A program made the position numbers and the translations under genes. The notes beneath the pieces were generated by a model. That model was not told the DNA's origin. It was given only the letters and a program-made list of their open reading frames with translations, and ran no database searches. From a virus (Duplodnaviria; Caudoviricetes), in the IMG/VR virus record IMGVR_UViG_3300037067_017859, positions 1 through 64,000 of that record: a DNA stretch of 64,000 nt; one strand, written 5' to 3'. Of the stretch, positions 9,833-16,603 are shown one piece after another. Each line of letters opens with the position of its first letter. Position 1 is the stretch's first letter.

Positions 9833-9908
9833 GTCCCATGTGCTATAGGCGCTGCGTCGAATCGGACCTGTTATGCCTAATTTGGTCCACTCAGACAGCA
9901 CATGGGAC
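9833..9908 (-). ncRNA. Y-RNA-like structured RNA with possible pseudoknot
   Basis: 12-bp terminal stem GTCCCATGTGCT/AGCACATGGGAC; GUC(U)GA/UCGAC bulged helix; GGACC/GGTCC; loop TAGGC can pair with GCCTA. Confidence 0.6.
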
Positions 9909-9911
9909 TTT

Positions 9912-9986
9912 GATGGTCCCCGCTACGGCTCTTATAGTCCCAATCCTCGAACCTTGGGCGGGTGTTGCCGGACTATCCGACCATCT
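9912..9986 (-). ncRNA. Structured RNA, nested stems with possible pseudoknot
   Basis: GATGGTC/GACCATC, ATAGTCC/GGACTAT, CCCGC/GCGGG. Confidence 0.5.
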
Positions 9987-9994
9987 ACTTTTTC

Positions 9995-10140
9995 TGGTTG
10001 CAAAGTCGACAATGCTGTTTTGATACAGACTGTTTATGAGACAGTTGCCCAACCGTTGGGCGGATCCGGCATAATAAAAAGAAAAGAGCCGGATCCCGGA
10101 GTCGAACCGGGTTCATGTAAGCATTTTCAGTATGCAACCA
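9995..10140 (-). tRNA. Cassette B: circularly permuted tRNA (anticodon CAU), break in variable loop (about 45/46)
   Basis: TACAT|GAA-CCCGGTTCGACTCCGGG-ATCCGGC..linker..GCCGGAT-D arm-ACTGTCTCATAAACAGT-CT. Confidence 0.85.
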
Positions 10141-10151
10141 TATAATTATTC

Positions 10152-10289
10152 TGGCGGTAAGTCGTTCGTGGTTTTTTTATTAGCCACTCCCCCATACTGG
10201 AATTAAAGTGGGGGAGTCAGGATTTGAACCTGAAATCTACTGATTAGTATTCAGTTGCTTTACCATGTATCCACATTCAGTGACCGCCA
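10152..10289 (-). tRNA. Cassette C: permuted tRNA (anticodon ACU), break in D loop before G18
   Basis: TACAT|GGTAAAGC-A-ACTGAATACTAATCAGT-...TCAGGTTCAAATCCTGA-CTCCCCC..linker..GGGGGAGTGGCTAAT; joining gives D loop AATGGTAA. Confidence 0.85.
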
Positions 10290-10297
10290 TATTTTAC

Positions 10298-10455
10298 TGG
10301 CCTATAAGTCGATCAGCTTATTTTTCTGTGCGTTTTCCATTTTCGCCATCCCCCTATAATTGAAAGATGAGGCAGGGGGAGAAGGAATCGAACCTTCAAT
10401 TTCGGTTTCCCGAAAACAGGACCCTAAGTCATGTAAGCTATTCAGTAACAGGCCA
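10298..10455 (-). tRNA. Cassette D: permuted tRNA-Leu(UAG), break in anticodon stem (29/30)
   Basis: 5' piece ends CGCACAG, 3' piece starts GACTTAGGGTCCTG; joining gives CAGGA-CTTAGGG-TCCTG; long variable arm. Confidence 0.87.
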
Positions 10456-10471
10456 TAGTCTTTTCAAAGAT

Positions 10472-10610
10472 CTGGAAGAGTCTGCAACGCCTTGGAGCCT
10501 GTAATATAATTCCGCAACTAATTCAGGATCCACGTCAGTCCGATTCGCTTGCTCCCATAGCCAAGAGGCAGTGTGTTTTTAATTGGACTCAGACTCTACA
10601 ATAATCCGGA
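10472..10610 (-). ncRNA. Putative structured RNA between cassettes
   Basis: Inverted repeats AGAGTCTG/CAGACTCT and AGTCCAATT/AATCGGACT; no start codon for its open frame. Confidence 0.35.
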
Positions 10611-10692
10611 GGGGTTCCTGGGACGCTATCCTCTAGAACCCCTATTCAAAATGCCCTCAATTGGGGCGTTTAGTACTTTATGACTGCAAGTC

Positions 10693-10723
10693 GTTTCAAT
10701 CCACGCCTCACGCTGGAGGCGAC
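10693..10723 (-). CRISPR. Solitary type I-C-like CRISPR repeat (no array)
   Basis: GTCGCCTCCAGCGTGAGGCGTGGATTGAAAC: GTCGC start, CGCCTC/GAGGCG hairpin, TGGATTGAAAC end. Confidence 0.75.
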
Positions 10724-10725
10724 GA

Positions 10726-10845
10726 TGGCTGTAAGTCGGCTGAGGAGCATTTGTGTTCGATACCCATCGACCCCCCCATACTATTTTTTGTGGAGGGGGG
10801 CGCCTGCGAGGCGCTACGCATGTAACCTCATCACAGTAACAGCCA
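10726..10845 (-). ncRNA. Cassette F: permuted tmRNA-like tRNA domain (Ala identity)
   Basis: GGGGGGG/CCCCTCC-A acceptor with G3:U70 and A73; stemless D region TCGATGGGTATCGA; aberrant T loop; no anticodon arm. Confidence 0.6.
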
Positions 10846-10865
10846 AATTCTTATTTCTGTGAGGC

Positions 10866-11411
10866 TCATTTGATTACCCGCTTTGCGAGGTAATCAACAA
10901 ACTTATTCGGATCCATCCCGCGCTCTGCGCACCAGACAAAAGGATCCTGCGAACCCTTATCTTTATTGCATGGCTTGCAGGACGTCAGATAATTCGAAGT
11001 GTTATTCTTCTTGTCGTCCATCTCGAGAGGGATAAAGTGATCGATCGTCATCAATCTCTCGCCCATCTTCGCGCCGCAATACATGCATTTAAACCCATCG
11101 GCCGCCCAAACCTTCTGCTGGATCGAGCCGGATATTTCGTATCTCACTTTCCGTTGGAAGATCTTAGGGTTTCCAACGAGTATCTCTGGATCATCGGAGC
11201 GGTGGATAAAGTCTGACCATTCCTCGACAGTCAATTCGTATTGATCCAGTGGACTGACTTGAGAAGTACCAGGAAGGAGTAGCAGTGCGTGAGCTCCTCC
11301 ACCACCTACAAGAAGTCCCTGAATCCTAATCAGCGACCCGATATCGCCATACATAACCGGGCGATTCCGCATTTCCATCAAATAGAACCGTTCCCCGCTT
11401 CCTTTGGACAT
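10866..11411 (-). CDS. HNH endonuclease embedded in the cassette array
   Basis: CMYCG...TIDHFIP...NNTSNYLTSCKPCNKDKG. Confidence 0.85.
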   Translation of the reverse strand: MSKGSGERFYLMEMRNRPVMYGDIGSLIRIQGLLVGGGGAHALLLLPGTSQVSPLDQYELTVEEWSDFIHRSDDPEILVGNPKIFQRKVRYEISGSIQQKVWAADGFKCMYCGAKMGERLMTIDHFIPLEMDDKKNNTSNYLTSCKPCNKDKGSQDPFVWCAERGMDPNKFVDYLAKRVIK

Positions 11412-11428
11412 CGTTGCCTCTTAATAAC

Positions 11429-11557
11429 TGGCGTTAATTCGATATGCTTTTTTTACGCGCTCTAACCAGACTGAGCTAACGGCTCAAAAGAGCCGTGTTG
11501 GACTTGAACCAACGACCTCGGCATTGGAATTGCATGTAAGCCTACCAGTGAACGCCA
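11429..11557 (-). tRNA. Cassette G: permuted tRNA-Gly(UCC), break in anticodon stem (28/29)
   Basis: 5' piece ends GAGCGCG, 3' piece starts GCAATTCCAATGCCG; joining gives CGGCA-ATTCCAA-TGCCG; U73; acceptor closed by TTTT. Confidence 0.87.
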
Positions 11558-11572
11558 TTTCTGGATTTTACC

Positions 11573-11697
11573 GTTCCCTGAAAGTCGATCAGCGGTTTTC
11601 CCTTGCGGGAATGATCGGATTTGAACCGATAACACATTGATCTCAAGTCAATTGCTCTACCATTGAGCTACATGTAAGCCGAACAGTATCAGGGAAC
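11573..11697 (-). tRNA. Cassette H: permuted tRNA (anticodon UGA, short variable loop), break in acceptor stem (6/7)
   Basis: TACAT|GTAGCTCAATGGTAGAGC-A-ATTGACTTGAGATCAAT-...CATTCCC-GCAA-GGGAA. Confidence 0.82.
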
Positions 11698-11707
11698 TTT
11701 ATTTATA

Positions 11708-12124
11708 TTAATTTTGCTGGATCAAACACCATAACCCTTTTTTTCGCTCGACTCTCGGGGTATTCCTTTTCGACTCTTTATGAAGTGTACTATAAAGTGT
11801 CTGAATTGGGTTCTTCCCCTGGACCTGATGACCCGATTTGGTCAATCGGTCCAAAAGAGCCGGCGTCCTAATAGGGCCGTCTGTGCTTATAATTTCGATA
11901 GCCGCGCCTATGATGGATATTGGTCCCTCAATCTTAGATTCAGGGTTCAATTGCGGTACTGGCGTTTCCTGTGGAGATCGTTCCACATATGAAAGGAAAT
12001 TGTCGATCTCTGAGACCAAAGCGCCAATGCGATTTTTCTCTTTGACCAGTTCTTCCTTTAAGGAGATTGCCTTATCTTTTATTACCGCCATTCCTGAATT
12101 CGTAAGTGTCATCATAACCGCCAC
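11708..12124 (-). CDS. Winged-helix (HARE-HTH-like) protein
   Basis: AAIEII...GKNPIQTLYSTLHKE...GLW pattern. Confidence 0.55.
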   Translation of the reverse strand: MAVMMTLTNSGMAVIKDKAISLKEELVKEKNRIGALVSEIDNFLSYVERSPQETPVPQLNPESKIEGPISIIGAAIEIISTDGPIRTPALLDRLTKSGHQVQGKNPIQTLYSTLHKESKRNTPRVERKKGLWCLIQQN

Positions 12125-12139
12125 CTTTTGAGCTTGAAC

Positions 12140-12169
12140 AATGTACTTCTTGGTTATGATCTATGTCAA
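12140..12169 (-). promoter_or_regulatory. Sigma70-type promoter upstream of the wHTH gene, RNA array and Ro60-like gene
   Basis: TTGACA-N18-TACATT. Confidence 0.5.
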
Positions 12170-13823
12170 GCTTTTTCTATTAAGTAAATTTATCGGCAGC
12201 AACGCCATTTCTTCCGCACGATTATTTATTTTTGCAATGAGCCTACGGGCCATTTCTCTGGAAAAAGTATACATAGCATCTTTTTCCGGTCCAACTCCCG
12301 GGAATGGTTCAATGCCCTGTTCATACCACTTCATATCTTCGGCATCCTTGACGAAAGCTTGTTTGGCCCGACCGATCGCAACTGATCGAGCAAGCTTTTT
12401 ATTGAACTGATAGCCCCATTCACAACGACCGATTCCCCATGTGACGAAGGAACCTTGTTTGCCATCAATAATCATTACCACTACGGTTGTCCCTCTGAGG
12501 TCTTTAGTCAGGGCGGCTACGTTGGATAAATCACCTTTTTTCGGTGGGACGTCATTCCGCAGATGGAATACAAATAAACTCTGAGGGATGATGGCATGGA
12601 AAGGTCTTTTAGCGTTTTTCATACATCTCCTTGTTTTTGCTTATCCCATGGCCTGCCAGGCCGACGAGGATGAAGCTGTTTTACTTTGTCCCTATAGTAT
12701 TGTGTTGCTCGGGCCACGTTACATTTTCTGCACACGCGGCGCCTTCTGCCTTTTCCATCAATTACTATGATGAGATTAGGCTTTCGATAGGAATGCCCTC
12801 GAGGGCAATGGGTCTTTGCTTTATTGGCCGATTTAGACCTTCTCATCATAAGTCCGATTTCACGGGAGTTTCATCCTTACGAATGGATTCAAGAATGAGT
12901 TCCTTCCTGGTTCCGGGGCTTATGCTGATATTGTTCCCTTTAAGATCAAGGAAATTATTTATATTCGCTTGATCGATTGGGGTTGAAGCCTCGAGAATAA
13001 TCTGGCCTTTATTATCCTCGAATCGGAATATAACCTTCATTGGTTTCCCTCCAACAAGCTATATACTATTTCCTTATGGATTTGTCAAAGAGTTAGATCT
13101 ACTTTCTTTAATCCTACAGCACATCCAACAACATTGGTATCGCGATTGTCCACTTGTTGAGTTGATCCGAAGCCACGGAATTCATAATGCTTGCCCGTGA
13201 CACCGCCAACTACTGCCATATCCCCCTGACCTTCCCAACGGAAAACAGTAAAACTTGGGACATATGCCCCAACGGACCTTCTTCGATCGCCACAGCAACT
13301 CATTTATTTTCCCTCAATAACAGGAGGCTGATCTTCTTTCGGCGCCGGCGCTGGATCCGGTTCAACCGTAGCGATTGGAGGAGCATCAGACGTTTCCTCC
13401 TTTTTTTGTCCTTCAATGCGTTTAGCCATACTTTTTGAAGGGAAATTTCTCATAGGAGAAGAAGGAGCCGGAGTTTCAGCCTCCCGCAAATCAATAGTTT
13501 GTCCTGCACTGTATTGTCCGGCCGGAATTGGCCTGGAGGCTATTTTTGACTCAGGAATCTCCAAACCATCGTCATCAATAAAAAATACATGAGGTTGCTG
13601 CCGGCCCATGTATTTATCGAGCGCCGGAATCATATTGAGAATCCCTTCTTGCATTTGCCAGTCAGGCCCCATATTTGTCAGCGGCGGGAATACTTCCGGT
13701 TTGAAGGTAGGGGGCTGGATCTCAACCCTATGGAAGCCCATTGTTACTGTGATCCGGACAAATAATCTAAATTGGTCCGCCCACTTCCATCCTCTCCTCG
13801 CTGCCATTGCTATTTGTCCGAAA

Positions 13824-14123
13824 TTAGGAACTGTTTTTGCCATGATCTTCCTTCCCTGTAAGTTTCTCAATTATTACCGAGGCGCCGGAGAGCGCCAACC
13901 AATTCAGCAGGAATTGATTTATAGTCTTGCTGAACAACATTGCCATGGGAAATGAAACCCATAAGCTGAGGCAGTACGGACAATCCATCAATTTCCCTCG
14001 CCATCCGTTGCCGGCGCTTTTCCTTATTTTAAGGATCAGATCTCCCGGGCCGTCCTCAAAGGCTATCAAGTGCGATACTCTATATACCGCCAGACTGGCT
14101 ATTACCAACTGCATCGGATCCAT
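13824..14123 (-). CDS. DUF1360-like membrane protein
   Basis: LAVYRVSHLI..D and LMDCPYCLSLWVS. Confidence 0.65.
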   Translation of the reverse strand: MDPMQLVIASLAVYRVSHLIAFEDGPGDLILKIRKSAGNGWRGKLMDCPYCLSLWVSFPMAMLFSKTINQFLLNWLALSGASVIIEKLTGKEDHGKNSS

Positions 14124-14652
14124 TCATTTCCTCTGTTGATTTATAAATCAGTTCTTGAATGTCTGCGAGTGTTTTACTGGTAATCTTCCCGATTTCCTTG
14201 AGCCTCTGAGTTTCTTCTCCGCGGCGCCAAACCATTGTCATGTTGCGTATTTTCCCGATAGTCTGTATCGCCATCAAGAATGCCGCTCTAGCTTGAGCAA
14301 CTTCACGTTCCATGCTTGCCCGGCATAGATGACCTGGCTCAAACTGTTCTCCACAATCCGAGCATTGAGGATAAGGCGGACTGGCCTCATGTAGAGGAGG
14401 ATTTACTGAACCTGGAAGTGTTCCATCCATGAACCAGTCTCCTTTACAATTTTTGTGAATCCTTCATAGCTGACATTAGGCCCTAAGACCGTAAGGACTC
14501 CATAAACCCCTTCTGCACTTGGAACTCCGACAAGTAATCCCAAGATTCTGAATTCAGGGCAGTTCGCTTCAACATCGGCCTTGAACTGTTTCATGCATTC
14601 ATTGAATGCATCCATTGCCTCTGCTTTTACGCCGAGCGTGGCGGCCGCTTTT

Positions 14653-14934
14653 TCAGCTTTTGGCGTCAGATTGTTTTCCATCTTTTTCTTCTTTTCCGGA
14701 ATCAGCCGACGATGCAGTAAGCCTTTCATATTTATATCCCCGCCGTAATTGAAGATTTACGAACTTTCCTTTTGATGAAGAATTTAGCAATTGTTCCCAA
14801 ACTTCCGGGGGAACATCATGATAAACATAGACTTCATTGTTTTTAGCAAATTTTACAAAGCAATCCCGGCTCGGTTCATGATAAGCGATTTGGGAAATAA
14901 TAGACGATCCGTATACGGGCTGATAATCAGGCAT
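14653..14934 (-). CDS. KTSC domain protein
   Basis: SSIISQIAY...YVYHDVPPEVWEQLLNSSSKGKFVN. Confidence 0.85.
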   Translation of the reverse strand: MPDYQPVYGSSIISQIAYHEPSRDCFVKFAKNNEVYVYHDVPPEVWEQLLNSSSKGKFVNLQLRRGYKYERLTASSADSGKEEKDGKQSDAKS

Positions 14935-15699
14935 AAAAACTCCTCAGTTTACTCGGTTGTGAATCCAGACCTCAATACAGTTCACGTCACTTTCTACCCT
15001 TTCATCCAATTGAGGACTACACCAGCATTTTGGACTTCTAGTATGCTCAGGTTCACTTTCGGATTCAGGGAAAATGTGATATCGAACAAGTTCCTTATCA
15101 ATCGGTTCGCTCATGGTTTCCCTTCTTATTGCATTCGGCCTCTATTCCAAAGGCTCTTATATGGACTCGTGGCTTCTGATTCCAATTCCTCTTTAAATAC
15201 AATATCCTTAGTCTTTTGAGTGATCATTAGACAAATTGTTCCAATTAGGGGCAGAACAAAGATAGTGGCTATAACTCCAATCGCCCATGATGGACAATGA
15301 TATTTGTCCATGTAAAGCCAGGATACAGCGGCAAGCATAATTAAATTGATTGGACGAGCTGGAATTCTATTCCACGGCAATACCCAAGATTCATTGTCTT
15401 CTTTTTTTGACGACATTCCTAACCTGCTTTCTTGTTTAAGAAGCGAGAATAATCTCCTTTTTTCTATTCATATGTTCCAATGTGATTGAAGAACCATAAT
15501 GAGCCATTTGTTCAAGTTCCTCTTCCGGGAAGAGCTTCCATTGTCTGTCATTCTGAAAAACCAGAAAACGCTTACACTCTTTGCAAAAGGCAATATCGTT
15601 TTCATTCGGTATGCCCTTCCCGGTTATACGATGGGCGTCAGGTATATCTGCTTTACAATTCGGACATGCTCCAATTGACTTCTTTTCCATCACTACTCC

Positions 15700-16188
15700 T
15701 TACTGGACGGCCACAGGATGTGGTGCAGTTGCCGAATCTTCAAAATCAAACTTAATTTGCATCGCCTGGCGAAGCAGTGGAAGAGGATTGTGCCAGCAAC
15801 CATGACGCTCGATAATCCCAATAAATTCCTCGACATCATGATCTTTGAGATAGAATCCCTTTTCATCGACCGCCAAATGGCAAAGTTCGTGATCGACAAG
15901 AGCTACCTGCTGATCAATGGTGAGAACGTCCCAATATACCTCGTCGACCTCGATTATGAAGTCGAAACCTGTGAGAGCGTGGTAAACCGGGTTTACTAAT
16001 TTTGCCTTTGCCATTGCTGGATGTTTTCCCATTCGCGCCGGCGGAGGAGGGCCATCGCTGTCCTCTGGAGCCAGCTTCATCATGTACGCAATCTTTGCGT
16101 GTGCTATTTCCTGATGATGCATTTTGATCAACGGTTCCGCAACTTCTGCGACTCTTACTGAGGTTTCGTATTCTGCTGCCATTGTCAT
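15700..16188 (-). CDS. Putative phage metallopeptidase
   Basis: ALVDHELCH (HExxH), HDVEEF..IIERHG. Confidence 0.75.
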   Translation of the reverse strand: MTMAAEYETSVRVAEVAEPLIKMHHQEIAHAKIAYMMKLAPEDSDGPPPPARMGKHPAMAKAKLVNPVYHALTGFDFIIEVDEVYWDVLTIDQQVALVDHELCHLAVDEKGFYLKDHDVEEFIGIIERHGCWHNPLPLLRQAMQIKFDFEDSATAPHPVAVQ

Positions 16189-16603
16189 TCTCCTTTAATC
16201 TTTGGTCGAATTTTACCGGCCTACAATCACGATTTTTGCATATTCCGGAATGAAGCAACATTGACGCCGGCCCTATTTCAAACGTGGCCGCCTTACTCAT
16301 GAACACCAGACCGCCGCATTTAAAGTGAACCAGCCATGGTCCAACATAATCCTTTTTTGAGGTTTTGTCTCTCCCTTTTATATTAGGACCCTTATTCAGG
16401 TGCGCCTGGGGTCTTTTCTTCATGTTTTAGCTCCATCAAAATTGCGGCTCTTCCGATTAAAGACAACCCAAGTTTTTCGGCTTCTTCAGGAGTCAGTGAT
16501 AAGGTATCTCCTACTGGAGGATCAAATACCATCTTTATGACATTACTTGATCGATCAATCCCGATTGTGGTTTTAACCGGGTGATATTCTTCTTTTTGCA
16601 TAT

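Noticed and set aside
10681-10692. Eighth cassette suggested by ACGACTT-GCAGTCA
   Set aside because: No matching 5' arm with YACUG and UACAUG; it overlaps the end of the CRISPR-like repeat
11600-11671. Suppressor or selenocysteine tRNA, or stop-codon recoding
   Set aside because: The anticodon is UGA (reads UCA), not UCA; long genes are intact in the standard code
9510-11697. Cassette array as a CRISPR array, TIGR array or type III toxin-antitoxin repeats
   Set aside because: Units are 94-158 nt with variable covarying stems and structured tRNA cargo, not identical repeats with spacers; no Cas, Nop-domain or ToxN protein was recognised
9995-11697. Group I/II introns or hammerhead/HDV ribozymes explaining the split tRNAs
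   Set aside because: The clamp is only about 45 nt; no P7 or domain V core, no CUGANGA/GAAA pair, and no HDV fold downstream of the junction
9510-11697. Clamp motifs UCGACUU and CUUACAUG are complementary to 16S rRNA CAUGCAAGUCGA (about nt 54-65)
   Set aside because: The matches are 7-8 nt, overlap each other, include a mismatch and lie within a paired structure; plausibly chance
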